Notes under the pieces: model-generated | What the model was told of the DNA's origin: nothing | Databases searched by the model: none | Seen by the model: the letters and a program-made list of their open reading frames with translations, nothing else | Origin: Glaucostegus cemiculus | Lineage: Eukaryota | Length of the DNA stretch: 64,000 bases | NCBI GenBank assembly: GCA_976551045.1 | Contig: CDPCPM010000014.1 | Coordinates: forward strand, 38,378,001-38,442,000 | Direction: 5' to 3' | In this document: piece by piece, positions 1 through 12,670 of the stretch | Position numbering within the stretch: position 1 is the stretch's first letter | Layout of the letters: the number at the start of each line of letters is the position of its first letter | Translations under genes and position numbers: made by a program

Positions 1-215
1 GCAGCCCACAAGTGTCACCATGCTTCCGGTGCCAACATAGCATGCCCACAACTTCCTAACCCGTACATCTTTGGAATGTGGGAGGAAGCTGGAGCACCCA
101 GAGGAAACCCACACAGACAAAGGGAGAACGTACAAACTCCTTATAGACAGTAGCGAGAATTGAACCCGGGTCGCTGGTGCTGTAATAGCGTTATGCTAAA
201 CGCTACACTACCGTG
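1..215 (-). mobile_element. tRNA-derived V-SINE (HE1-like), cut by the window edge
   Basis: The minus strand shows a tRNA-like head with B box GGTTCAATTC, followed by the V-domain GGTTTCCTCTGGGTGCTCCAGCTTCCTCCCACATTCCAAAGA. Confidence 0.85.
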
Positions 216-439
216 TGAGTATTGAGTGCAGCATTGCTATACAACTATTATTCCACCATAATTAGTAATTGTGGTTTCTCTACTAGAAAACAACAGAACT
301 AGTTTGAAGAGGACAACCAGGAGATCCAAGACTAATAAACACAATTGGTTTTACACCAACAAAACAAAGGTACACCAACTATCAGCAAAACAAAGGTCCT
401 TTGCCAACCTGAACACATTGCACAACAACAACCCTCTAA

Positions 440-1262
440 ACATGAGGGTCCACGATTAGACCCTGGAAAACATGGATCACTTTCTGTGTCTTGGGAGTCA
501 CCTCTCAGCGAAGGCAATCATTGATGACGAAGTTCATTACTCGGTGAACTAACACAGCCTTTGGGCAACTGAGCAAAAAGCTATCAGACGATCATGAACT
601 CAAACCTTGCACAAAGCTCTGATCTACCAGGCAAAATTGATTTCTGTCCTTTTGAGACATAGATTATAACAGCAGGCACACCTCAAAGCACTGCAGAGGT
701 ACCAACAACATTGTCTCAAAAAAAAACCCTCCAAATCACTAGCAGGATTAACCTCAGCATCCTCCCCAGTCTAAGTTCCCCAGAACTGAGTTTATAATCA
801 TACCTAGCTGGCTATCATGGATGATTCACATTGTTCAAGTGCCTGATGTCGGACTCCTGAAACAGCCACTCCATCATGTCAAGAGATTATCAAGAGGACA
901 GAGAAAACATGTCAAGGATGTTCTCAAAGCCCTCGTGAATGCCTGCAGTAAATGATTGGAAAATTGCTGGAACATGAATGTGGCCCTGCAGTCATTCAAT
1001 CCGTGGGGATCCCTGGCCAATGAAAATGGAGAAGGAACATCTAGCATAGCTTTGAGAACTTTGAGTCTGTTCATTGGGAGGACACAGAAGCCCAGCAAAA
1101 GTCATGGAAGGAGGGCGCCATCTCCCAAGCTACCCACCCGACCAATGTATCAAACTTGACCTGTCCCACCTGTGGCAGAATAGGCAGATCCTCTTTTCAC
1201 CCACGGTACTGGAGCAGAAGCAGGTCACTTCACCCCCCAGAGGTGATCTCAAAGAGAAGATG
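440..1262 (+). mobile_element. Decayed RTE-clade LINE, 3' portion
   Basis: Broken frames give RTE-like C-terminal motifs (IDDEV, AFGQLSK, HLKALQRYQQHCL, VPDVGLLKQ, GQRKHVKDVLKA) and a GAAGA-type tail; similar to the copy at 25510-26165. Confidence 0.75.
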
Positions 1263-1282
1263 ATTCTGCAGGAGTATTGAAT

Positions 1283-1810
1283 AAAAATTGCTGCAAACAC
1301 TCAGCAGGTCAGATAACATCTGCAGAAAGAGGAACGGTTAACGTTTGAGGTCCAAGACCATTTGTTAGAACTGGGAAAATGGGAAAAACAGATAGCTTTC
1401 AGTGGCAGGAAAGGTGGGGAAGGGTAAGTGGAAGGAAGGGAATATCTTTGATTGGGTGAGTCCAACTGAGTTGATGAGAGCAGTTCATGTAGCCATTAGA
1501 GCACACTATGCTTCTATGCTTGTGTCATGTATTAATAATATCATGGCTGTGGGCATGAAAACCACTATGATGCTAGCAAAACTCAAGTGAGTTGCTCCAG
1601 TAACATAGTGGTTTTCATCTAGATTCCAGCATCTGCAGTCCTTTGTTTCTCCGGCTGTGGGACATACCTGTGGGCCGACTGTATAAATAGTAAAAGAAAA
1701 ACGAAGCCAACTTGATGACAGATAGAAATGGCCAGTTCTGATACAAACAGAAAGAAAGAGTGAGTTACCTAATGTTGGAGAATTTGAGATTGAGTCCAGG
1801 AGGCTGCAGG
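1283..1810. mobile_element. Penelope-like element terminal-repeat fragments in both orientations
   Basis: CTCAGCAGGTCAG...CATCTGCAGAAAGAGG...GTTAACGTTT motif; an opposite-orientation AGATTCCAGCATCTGCAGT at ~1620; GTTACCTAATGTTGGAGAATT shared with the copy near 16290. Confidence 0.6.
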
Positions 1811-2054
1811 CCAGAGCATTTTTAGCACATTTGTTCTTGATCAGCATTCGGTTTGCCTTACACAAGGGAAATGCATTTATTAGCTGCCAAAGTGAAATTT
1901 CTGTGAGACTGAATGAGAGGAATACCTAGCCCTGTCAGGAATGACCATGAGTGAATGGCTCCAGGATGATTTCAGAGTTCCTGTGGCTTCCTTGACCTTA
2001 ATGCAAGGCAGAGGCAGGGATTGTATTCATGTACCAACGGGTCCTGTTAGGGTT

Positions 2055-2648
2055 GGGAGATATTTAAGTTTGTTGCAATTTGAGGCCTTAGTGAGACTGC
2101 ACCTGGAGTATTGTATATGATTTTGGTCTCCTTGTCTCAGAAAGAATGTACTTGCCACAGAAGGAGTGCACCAAAAATGCATGAGACTGGTTTCTTGGAA
2201 GTCAGGTTGCTATAGGAGGGAAAATCGAGTAGAATGGAACTGTATCCTTGAGAGTTTGGGAGAAAGAAAGAGTAGAGATCTCATCAACACTTACAAAATG
2301 CTTAAACAGTTTGACAGATAAGATGTCGAGAGGATGTTTTCCTTGACCTAGGAGTTAAGGATCATGGGCCAAGTTTGAATTAAAGAGGAAGGCTGTTTAG
2401 CACTGAGATGAGGAGAATTTTCTTCACTCAGAGGGTAGTGAACCTTGGGAATTCTGTACCCAGAAGGCTGTGGAAGCCCAGCTGTTATGTTCATTCAAAA
2501 CAGATACCAGTAGGTTGCTGGGCATTTAAGACAATCAAGGGATATAGGGATAGTGTTGGAAAATGGGGCAGGTCGATCATGAACTTCAGTGGCAGAGATA
2601 GTTCAAAGGGTTGAATGGACCACACCTGTTCCTATTTCATTTGTTCTA
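2055..2648 (+). mobile_element. CR1 LINE 3' end, decayed
   Basis: ALVRLHLEYC and MRRIFFTQRVVNLGNS motifs of the CR1 ORF2 C-terminus, plus a CR1-type 3' tail. Confidence 0.85.
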
Positions 2649-3364
2649 ATAAATCAAGCCCTGTAATGGTTTTCTGCTAAGAGCAAACAATCTAGGTTGT
2701 GCAGCCACTAATTAACATCTACAGGCCTCATAACATAATGGTATCTCATGCTTGTGGATGCATTTTATATGTGTGGCTAAATGTTTTATGTTTAAAATCT
2801 ACTTAACTGGAGATACACCATGGCTGTGTCTGATGTTCCATGTGGCTAAGATTAATGATATAATCACTACCCTGCCTCTCCTGCACACTCTTCCATCAAC
2901 AGCGAACTCAGCACAAATGTGGGATCAAAGGTAGAAACTTCCTGGACTGATCAGTAGCACATTGGACATTGCAATTATATGCTAAACCAGTTGGGAGTTC
3001 AATGCTGATAACTTATGTTAATTAGATATAATAATGTAGAAAAGTCGGTCAGCTATGAAATGAGGTTCCAAATAACTGAGCATCCAAGATTGCTCCTACA
3101 ATACACTCATTAGCAAAGGGACCACTTATTGCCAGCAGATCTTGAACAGTGGACACACTGCTGCACTATTATTGGTCTCACTAGCTCCACAAAAGAGAAA
3201 GAAAGAATATTGGAAAAGTACCTGCTCCCAGCTGTTATAGTGCCCTCAGTGGATCAGCCTATTTCTGAGGGGACGGATCTGTGCTCGGCAGTGAGAGCCT
3301 CTGAAAATAGTTTGCCTGCTTGGTTGGGTCAGGTGCAGGAGGTCTGCTGATGCCTGAATTACTG

Positions 3365-3540
3365 AGTCAAAGCATTTTTTGAATACATTAAGAGCAAGAG
3401 GGCAGAATGGAAGGAGAAAGGCCCTTAAGGGACCAAAGTGGCAATCTGTGCATGCTGCCAGAGGATGGAGGTGAGGTCTTAAATGAATATTTCACATCTG
3501 TAAGGAGAAGGACATTGCAGTTGTAGAATTCAGGGAGGCG
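3365..3540 (+). mobile_element. CR1 LINE internal ORF2 fragment
   Basis: Encodes AFFEYIKSKR, PLRDQSGNLC and EVLNEYFTS motifs typical of the CR1 endonuclease-RT linker. Confidence 0.7.
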
Positions 3541-4334
3541 AACACCTGGTAGTGCCATGCAGCATTGATCCTACTGGAATTTGCAGGGTTAACAAGAAGA
3601 CTTGTCAACGGCACATGCCTGCAGTATGCGGACAGGAACGCTGGTTACTGATTGCAAAGGTTGAAGCCGGTGTATTCTGTGTTATTTGATGGGGGCCAGG
3701 CAGCTTCACTCTGCCTGAATTAAGGATCACATGGAGATCGACCTCCATCCCTCTCAATGTATTGCTGCTGTCTAACTCCAGCTTTAGCCTCAACATGGGA
3801 AGCAGGAACTATTGGCCTAGGGAATCCCCCTCCGCACTTCTGACCCCATAGCCATGACAACAACGTGACCTTTATAAGAATGAACGGAGATGCTGGCCCT
3901 TTCAAGAGCAACTAAAAAACTGGTGTCACAGCCACATTACAGTTTGTTTGGTGGGAGTTAAACTGCTTGGTGGGAGGAACCATTGGTACACCTGAGATGA
4001 TTCCAGGCTGATGTTTCAAGCTAGTTCTTGTTAGATTTCTTGTATGATTTCACTAATGTACCTTTTAAAATGTTTAACTCCAATGACTGTCCTCCAAAAC
4101 CACTTAATAACACTGAGCTCCCTTCAAATAAATTTTGCACATCAGTTGATCATATTCAGCAACACTAGGTTGTTTGACAATTTTCACACAGATTTAACCT
4201 TGACCACAAAAAATCCAATTGACTTTACTCCAAACAGAGCCAAAACTATTTCCCTGGTTTCCCATGGGTTCAGTTGAGATGGAGTTCTTGAGTCACTTGC
4301 ACTAATTAAGTTCTGGTCTGATGAATATTAAAAA

Positions 4335-4440
4335 AAAACTGATGATGCTGGAAATCAGAAATAAAAACAGAAGATGCTGGAAACACTCAGCAGGTCCAGT
4401 AGCATCTATGGAAAGAGAAACCAAGTTAATATTTCAGTCT
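4335..4440 (-). mobile_element. Penelope-like terminal-repeat fragment
   Basis: GATGCTGGAAATCAGAAATAAAAACAGAAGATGCTGGAAACACTCAGCAGGTCC; same family as the copies at 24835 and 61085. Confidence 0.7.
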
Positions 4441-5254
4441 TTGGTCTCCTGGTTCTGCAGTTAAAACTACTTCCTTGATTGAGCTTCATTCCCTTTGAAA
4501 TGGAGGGATATCTCGTTACGTGGTAGCAAGTTTAGGGATCAATCAGAATGCTCCTGTTAACATTGTTCTTTTACTCATTATATGTGCCTTCACCAATTCA
4601 TTGTTGACCTTGAAAGATCATAAAATAAAAACATTTTTGCTTGATTGAGGCTTAGGCTATAAACTGACAGAAAGCTTTATTAAATATAAATGGTAAAGTG
4701 AGCAGAACCATTGACACACTGTAGAAACTCAGTTAACATGGTCTTAACAAACTCTCATGGGTAGATAAAAATTGACAAACAATTGCATCAGCTGTGCTAA
4801 ACTACAATGTAAGCTGGATTGCACACAACACCACTGGGTATCAATCTTACTGCAGTGGTCTGATGATCCTCCTCTCCGTCTCTCTCTTTCCCTGTGATTG
4901 ATCAATTCCAGACATATGAACAAAATATGATAAGAATTAATCTTCAAAAAGTGCCCAGGCAAAAGGGATTTAAATGTTTCTTAAACTCTAAAAAGAGTCC
5001 AGCTGCAGCCCATAATGATTAAAACCCAGAAGCTGCTTGTATTTGAACTGTATAGCTTATCACATTCCTGATGCAGGCAAAGCTGGGTTAATAGGGACAA
5101 AGTTTACAAACAGACAGTAAGACATGCGTGTTTTGAAAGTCTAGAATTAGGATACATGTTTTTGAGCTAATTGTTAGTCACCTTAACATGAACTTCACTG
5201 AGGGTTGTAAACCACAAACCTGCAGCCAGGTACTAATTAAACAATTTTTAAAGT

Positions 5255-5648
5255 AATATGTGTGGACCCCTCCCAGCCACTTGCACTGAACTGTGGAGTG
5301 CTCTTGGTGGCAGACTGTGGCATGTTGCAGGATGCTCTGGAGATCAAGTGAAAGACAATATTAGTACTTGGATGTGTGCCGCAGTGGGTAAGGACTACAG
5401 TTTAGGGTTCTTCTGCCACTGGAGAGGGAGGGGCGGGGTCAGGCAAGAAAGCCCCTTAAATATTTTAAATATGGGATTGGGTAGCTCCCAGGAAGCCACA
5501 CGAGTGGTATCGGTGCTGTGTTTTTTTATATATAAAAAGTTAACACTAATGATGGCTCTGTACACGAGTGTAAAGGTTTGCACTGTTATATTGTTGTACA
5601 TTGTTTTTTTTTTATGGTGAATAAAGTTTATCTTGGAATAATAAAAAA
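5255..5648 (+). mobile_element. Probable L1/Tx1-type LINE 3' end
   Basis: Ends in a T-rich UTR, AATAAA and an A-rich tail (TTTTTATGGTGAATAAAGTTTATCTTGGAATAATAAAAAA), the same architecture as the adjacent element. Confidence 0.5.
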
Positions 5649-5666
5649 GTCTGCTGTTGGCACTGC

Positions 5667-6427
5667 GGGAGAAGGACACAATGGATCCTGGGGGACGGTT
5701 CCCCGGGCAGACTGTCAAGACCATTTGGCAGAATGTCGCAGCGTCAGAATTCACCAGCAAGCACTCACTTGGTTGGCAGTGTGAGGAGCCCTCCCCATCA
5801 CATCCTTCCTGCATGATCAGAGTCTCACTCCCATCACACACTGCCGTCAGGAAGACTGCAACGAGGATGAAGTGATTGTCCACCTCTTTGTGGACTGTGC
5901 ATTTGCATAAAGGTCTGGATAAGGATGCAAGGGTCCATGTTGAGGTTCATCCTGAGCAGCTGCGTATCAGAGGACTCCCTGATCTTTAGGCTGTTCCCAG
6001 GGCTGCATACCAAGACAAACATCAACTGCTGCTGCAAGATCATCAGCTTGGTGAATGATGCATTTGGTCCACACAAAACTTATTGGTCTTCCAGTGAGAT
6101 GTCTGTAAGGAGATGCTGCCAACTGGGAGCTTTCCAGGTTGCTAAGGGATGCACTGAAATTTGGTGCAGCCAATGCAAAGGCTTTGTGGGGAAGGGCTGC
6201 AGTCTAAGGTCCTACTGCCATTAGACGATGAGGGTCTAAGCCCTGGGTAGAAGCCTCTCAAATACATGAAGCATATATCATTACAGGAGGCCACATAAGT
6301 GGCAATGGTGCTCACTCTACAAGTGAAAAGAACCAAGAACATAATGAATTTATAGAGTGAACAACACTGAATGTAAATTTCTTCTTTTTATATATAAATA
6401 AATTCTATTTTTGATATTTAAAAAAAA
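5667..6427 (+). mobile_element. 5'-truncated Tx1/L1-clade LINE
   Basis: Frameshifted ORF2 C-terminus (FPGQTVKTIWQN, HLFVDCAFA, RFILSSCVSEDSLIFRLFPGLHTKTNINCCCKIISLVNDA), AATAAA plus oligo-A tail, flanked by the direct repeat TGGCACTGC. Confidence 0.8.
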
Positions 6428-6501
6428 TGGCACTGCAGGTCCTGGGGGAGGAGATCCAGAGGGTAATCAGCCATGATCTTATTGAATGGGGCCAAATGGT
6501 C

Positions 6502-6636
6502 NNNNNNNNNNNNNNNNNNNNNNNNNNNNNNNNNNNNNNNNNNNNNNNNNNNNNNNNNNNNNNNNNNNNNNNNNNNNNNNNNNNNNNNNNNNNNNNNNNN
6601 NNNNNNNNNNNNNNNNNNNNNNNNNNNNNNNNNNNN
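6502..6636. other. Assembly gap (135 N)
   Basis: Run of N. Confidence 1.
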
Positions 6637-8024
6637 GACCCACACTGGTTCACCTGGCATTGGATATAACAAAATTCTGAGTAGGGTTACTAATCAACTG
6701 GTTATCATGGAGTGAAAACGCTTTCCGTTCGGAAGATACTGGGTTTCCCACTGATGCATTCAAGCCAGTGAGGCTGTTCAGTGTCTGTTTGCCTCATCAG
6801 GAAACCCGTGGCTCTGGTCCATCCATGTACACCTGTTGCCTCCTACTCTCACTTCTGTGAGATGCGGACGAATCGGACTGTCCTGGAGCAGAGAGGCCTC
6901 GTGGTTTGCCTATCGCAGTGAAGTGCCGCGATTTGTGCAACACTGTTGATGTACCCAGTCCCAGCCTGAAAGGTCATAGAAATTCATAACCCCAGTCACT
7001 TTCACTGGCACTGGCAAAATATCTCTGGCCCTGCTCTGGGGCTGTACCACATAACATATCTCTGTCAGTACCAAGATGTGTATAGTGCAGCTGTTCCCTA
7101 AACACCTCTAGAGCCTCAACCTGAGAGCTCTTCTCTCCCCTTTTTCCTTCCTTCAAGCAGATGGGCCTCTTCTATAAACTCTATTCTCATTCTCTTCATT
7201 GAGCTGAAGATTGAGGGGAACAACCAACAGTACTCCCTTATCTGGCAGCATTGTGGTTTGGTGAGAAGTCACAGTGCAGTTCCAGACTCAGCTTCACCAT
7301 TCTGTGAAGTTCTCTGAGAATGTGATGTGTTCTCCAAAGACCAGCAAACACTTTGTTGCAACTAATTCTCTCGTAAATCAATCACTAACAAATTTGGTGA
7401 TTTGAACTGATGCAGGTGGGCTGGACTTCCTTACTGCCAAGCTTAAGTTCTCCACTCAGCACATGATGCCAACTGTGTCACTGGGGTTCAATTTGGTCAA
7501 ATCAGGGTGGCACATTGACTGACATCACAATCTACCTATTCTGCACATGTCAGGTACATGAGAACTTCATGTGCTATCAACCTTGCTAATGTGACAATCT
7601 GCATGGAAAGAATTGAAAATTCACACATCGTGGTGCATGAAACTCCTGCCAAATCTGCAACTGCAGCTCTCAAACCATGCATCGCAACTTTGCAGCTTTT
7701 AATCCTATAAAAATAACAATGTCCAATATTATGACATATTGTTAACAAGACAAAATCAAATCTCTTGCTTACATCAATGTGCTGGCATAGAAGAAATTCT
7801 GCTTGATTTATAAACATTAAAAATATTGATCTCGTAATTCTTAAGCACGATGCCAACACAATGTTTTCATACCCTCTCCCTCTTTCTTTGAAAACCTAAA
7901 TGCTTGAAGCCATGTTTCCCTTGTACAACAAATCTTGCCTGATTGAAGGCTGGCTATGATTTTTCCAAAAAGCTATTTCTGACATAATGAATCTCTCTGA
8001 AATGTTTGAGTCACATTGCATGGA

Positions 8025-8336
8025 CACAGGGCTTACAGTCCACTACATCTATGTTGACTATCAAGCACCCACTAAGCTTGTCTCATTTTTTCTTCTCACA
8101 TCCCCATCAACATCTTCTTCCTGCCCCACATTCTTCCTGCCACTCACCTACACGAGGGGCACTTCTCCTACTAACCAGCATATCTTGATTTGGGACATGG
8201 AGGAAACCAGAGCACCTGGAGGAAACGCAGGGAGAACCTACAAACTTTACACAGACTGGATCCAAGGTCAGGATTGAATCGGGGTCTCTGGCGCTGTGAG
8301 GCAGCATTGCTCACCACTGCACCAATCTGCTGCCCA
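8025..8336 (-). mobile_element. V-SINE (HE1-like, long-tail subfamily), diverged
   Basis: GGAAACCAGAGCACCTGGAGGAAAC V-domain and tRNA-like head (CAGGATTGAATC...GGCGCTGTGAGGCAGC); collinear with 18250-18580. Confidence 0.8.
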
Positions 8337-9439
8337 ATTTTGTTAATTTAAAAAAAATCCATTCAGCACTTCATTGGATGTGCACTGCTTTATGATATCC
8401 CATCAGGTGTGAACATTTTTGTATGAGGTGTTTCCACTGAGGTTCTCATGCTCACTGACAACTTGTCAGAAGAGCTGAGAATACTGGTCGCAGTTTCTCT
8501 GGGACTTCTGCAATTCTGCTGCCAAGTTACCATAAAGAGAGACTTTGGAAACTTACCCCATGAAATCCAATGTATTTTATTCATGTTGATTATACTATAA
8601 TCAATTAATTATGATCTGGAACCAGTAAGCACTGATTCTATTAAAATTAATTCCACTTTTCTAATGCTCAACAGCAATAGCCTTCCTTGTGTTATCCTGT
8701 ACTTACATAAGTTAAAATCTTCTCATAATTATTCTGATCCAGCCAGAAACATCTTCTAGCATCAATTTGAATGACAAAAGGCTGCTTATAATCAGGATGT
8801 CCCAGTGCTGAAATTCTCAATTAATTCACTTTCAAGGATCTCAGAAGTATTATCATCCCCTTGGGTCCACTTTCAAGTCAGACATTTCTCTTCAACACAT
8901 CCGGGGATTGTACAATTACCAAGATGCCTGCACAAAGCTATACAATCATCCAATTATTTAGGAATCTCTTTTTATTACTTTATTTGGAGAGATTTAAAGA
9001 TAAATACTGAGGTAAGGTACCAGCTGAACAACATGACACAGAACAATTTTATATAGCTTCTAATAAGAAGCTGCTTGTATATTTTACTGTCACAGGGATT
9101 TGTTTTAAATTCCACTGTTCAAAATCTGGAGAAAATAATCAAATCCAAACAGACTAAACAGGTTTCTCCCTTAAGATCCAGTCGGCCAATCTTTCAAATC
9201 TCAACAAAGCATTTTAAGCTCAAAGTACATGACCTTTGATTGATAAAAGTTATACTTTGCTACAAAAACAAGCTCTGCCTAGCTTAATGGATTCTTCCCC
9301 ACCCGTTAATACTTGCTGCTCGACTCCAATGATGTGAGCACAAAGAGGATCTTGTGTTTCATGGATCATTATCAGGATGTCCTTAATAATTATTAGATCA
9401 AGTAGTAACCTGTAGTTGGGCAGTGGTCAAGGGCAGAAA

Positions 9440-9765
9440 TATGTACTGTATGCGCCATTTGGACTGGTATGGTGTACGAGTATATAGAGATGTATTAGCC
9501 TTAATCATTGATGTTGTCCAAAAGGTAAAAAGAGGGAAGACTCACTAATGGATTGCCACAGAGATCAATACTGGGCCCTCAGTACAATAACATTTATATT
9601 ACTGTATTGATTGAATATGGTGTATTTATGTTTGCAAGTGAAAAGAACATGTAAAAACAATGAAAATAGATATAGACATTCTAAAGACATGGGCAAAATG
9701 GGTGGAGTATAACGTTAGAAAATATAAGGTTATGAAATTTGGTATGAAGAAACGAAAAATAGAAC
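9440..9765 (+). mobile_element. Highly decayed CR1 RT fragment
   Basis: CCACAGAGATCAATACTGGGCCC (PQGSVLGP-like) and TGGGCAAAATGG...TATAAGGTTATGAAATTTGG motifs. Confidence 0.55.
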
Positions 9766-10579
9766 AACCTTAATTTTCCTGGCACGGGTGTGGGGTTCTA
9801 GACTTCCTGCCACTTAAATGGATAAATGCTGCCAGTTATATTCTGGACAATTGGAATTTATAAGCAAAATCCAGCCTTCATTGTTTAAACAGTTCTCCCT
9901 GTGGTTACTCAGAGACCCCGCACTTGCATGGTTGAACTTTAAGTAGGCATGTCCCAGTTCAGATACATACCCTCTTAAGAACCTGACCCTCTCATGCCTG
10001 TTTTTGGAAAAATGAATACTCTCCACATATTTACGTCACAGATTTCTTAGCCAGTCTATATCCACACTATACTGGTGAATGGATCTTTGTTGTTAATTTG
10101 ATCTAATATACAGGAATATTAACAATCACAGTGGGAGTGGCGGGGCAGAGGAGTGAGGGATGGGGTAGAGGAGTAGAGTTGTGATTGAGGTAAGTGCTCT
10201 GACCCAGGAAAGTACTCTCGAAATTCCCAGACCATGTGAAAACCTGTAAATAAAAATGATTTGCTTGCAGCCCTCTTTTGACCCTGTTTTGTCCATGCAA
10301 CGGTAAAATACAGGAAAGGTCTGACTGATATCATTGACTTTCAGTGCAGTGCTCAGACAGGGCGAGGGGTTGCTGGCCTTTAAATAAGTGGTTGGCACCA
10401 GGCCAGTTAGCATCACATGACTGGATGAGACTCAACCTCCATGTACCCAGTTCCTGTCCAGTTGGTAAGAGGGGTGGAGTTAAATGCAGCCTCATGACAT
10501 CCTCCAGAAGCCACCTTCTACTTGGTCCACCTGGTAAGGGCAAATAGAAAAATGAACTGCCTGTTGTAGAAAAGCATTG

Positions 10580-11455
10580 AACTGCAGATTGTGGAAATCT
10601 GAATTAAAAATCAAGTTCCATCACCAGACACATCTTTCCCTTTCCTCCCTTCTCAGAATTATGAAGGGACTGTTCCTCCTGTGATTGGTTCATTCATATA
10701 TCTCCACCAACTTCCCTTTCTCACAGCAATTCCCCACGCAAGTGCTGGAGATGCAACACCTTTTACCTCATTCTCCTTCCCAGCATCCGGGGGGGCAGAA
10801 ACAATCTTTTCAGATGAAGAAGTGATTCACATGCACTTCTTCCAATTTACTTATTGCATCCAGGAAATGGCCTCCTCTGCATGGGAGAAACCAAATACAG
10901 ACTAGGCAACCACTTTGCAGAACACCTTTGTTAGTTTGCAAAGGCATCCCTGAGCTTCCATTCATCTGTCACATAATACTCCATCTCACTCCCTCTGTGA
11001 CTTCTTTTATCTTTTGCACGGTTCCAAATGAAGTCCAACATAACATCAAGCACCTCATCTTCCATTAGTTCTGATACTCCTGATATTTCTAATATTAACT
11101 CAGTGTTTTTCTCTCCATATATGCCACCTGAGTAATTCAAGCATTCTCTTTTATTTCAGATTTCCAGCAACTGTTGGCTCTGCATCTTAAGGTTCCAACA
11201 TGAGTTTTGTTTTTATCTCCCTAATTGGCCCCTTTTGTTTCCATCTATTTGCACGTCTGCAGATTGATCAGCTATGATGAACAAACATTCTCTATTAGAG
11301 GACTCCAAAAGCAGTTGAGTCATCTGAACAACCTCCGACACTACCTTGTCCCCTGTTCTGCAACTTTAACCACATTTGTTTTCTTGTTTTTCCATGTCTG
11401 ATGAAGCATCATTGACTTGAAAGGTTAACTCAGGTTTTCTCTCCAGAAATGAAGT
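10580..11455 (+). mobile_element. Penelope-like element relic: GIY-YIG endonuclease region plus terminal repeat
   Basis: Broken frames read FTCTSSNLLIA...LLCMGETKYRLGNHFAEHL (GIY-YIG-like), followed by the terminal repeat with CTGATGA...GAAA at 11398-11422. Confidence 0.8.
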
Positions 11456-11499
11456 GGGAAACCAGATGAAAGAACTCATACCAGTTGATGTGCCACCTT

Positions 11500-11666
11500 C
11501 TTATATATCCTTTCTTATATAAAGGGACCAAAACCATGAGCAGTACACCAGGTTTGGCCTCACCAACATACTGTACAATTGTAACAATACTTGTCTATTT
11601 CTAATTCCCCACACTTTTGCAATAAAGACCAATATGGTACTTGCCTTCCTAACTACTTGCTGCACC
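11500..11666 (-). mobile_element. CR1 LINE fragment (older, minus strand; 3'-side part)
   Basis: Minus-strand ORF VVRKASTILVFIAK...VLLQLYSMLVRPNLVYC. Confidence 0.8.
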
Positions 11667-12670
11667 GGTGTTCCACAGGGATCCGTACTGGCACCTCTGC
11701 TGTTTGTAATATATCTAAATGACTTGGAAGAAAACATGGGTGGGTGGGTTGTAAGTTTGTAGATGACATAAAGATTGATGGTGTTGTGGATTGTGTAGAA
11801 GGTTGCCAAAGTATACAGGGGGATATAGACCAGTTGCAGAAATGGGTAAAGAAATGGCAGATGGAGATTAACTATGCAAGTGTGAGGTGTTGCACTTTGG
11901 GAGATCAAATGTAAGGGGAATGCACACAGTTAATGGCAGGACTCTTAACAGCATTGATGTACAGAGGATCTCAGGGTCCAAGTCCATAGCTTCCTGAAAG
12001 TGACCACACAAGTTGACAGGGTGGTAAAGAAGGTGTATGGCATGCTTGCTTTTATTGGCCAAGGCACTGAGTTCTAGTCAGTAAGTTATGCTGCAGCTTT
12101 ATAAAACTCTGGTTAGACTGCATCTGGAGCATTGCATTTAATTCTGGTTGTCCCATTATAGGAAGGATGTGGAGGCTTTGGAGAGGGTGTAGAAGAGATT
12201 TACCAGGATGCTGTCTGGATTAGAAGGCGCATGCTATAAGGAGAGGATGGACAAATTTGGGTTGTTTTCTCTGGAATGGCAAAGACTGAGGGGAGACCTG
12301 ATAGAAGTTTATAAGATTATGACAGGCATAGATAGAGTAGGCAGTCAGTATCTTTTTCCTTGGGTTGAAATTTCTAATACTAGAGGGCATGCATTTAAGG
12401 TGAGAGGGTGAAGTTCAAAGGATATGCATGGGGCAAGTTTTTTACACAACGAGTGGTGGGCACCTGGAATGCACTGCCAGGGGTGATAGTGGAAGCAAAT
12501 ATGATAGAGGCGTTTAAGAAATTCTTAGATAGGCACATGAATACGCAGAGAATGGAGGGATATAGACCATGTGCAGGCAGAAGGGATTCGTTTATTTAGG
12601 CATCATCAGCTTAATTAGTTTGTCACAGCATTGTGGGCTGAAGGGCCTGTTCCTGCGCTGTATTCTATGT
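11667..12670 (+). mobile_element. 5'-truncated CR1 (HER1-like) LINE nested in an older CR1
   Basis: Runs from GVPQGSVLAPLLFVIYLNDL through LFSLEWQRLRGDLIEVYKIM and FFTQRVVGTWNALP to the tail GGGCTGAAGGGCCTGTTCCTGCGCTGTATTCTATG. Confidence 0.92.

Noticed and set aside
6405-6715. ORFs spanning the N gap (also 29737-30096)
   Set aside because: Open only because N codons contain no stops.
6741-6807. Type-III hammerhead ribozyme (GTTTC...CTGATG...GAAAC)
   Set aside because: The core reads CTGATGC rather than CUGANGA, and there is no stem I between the putative cleavage triplet and the core.
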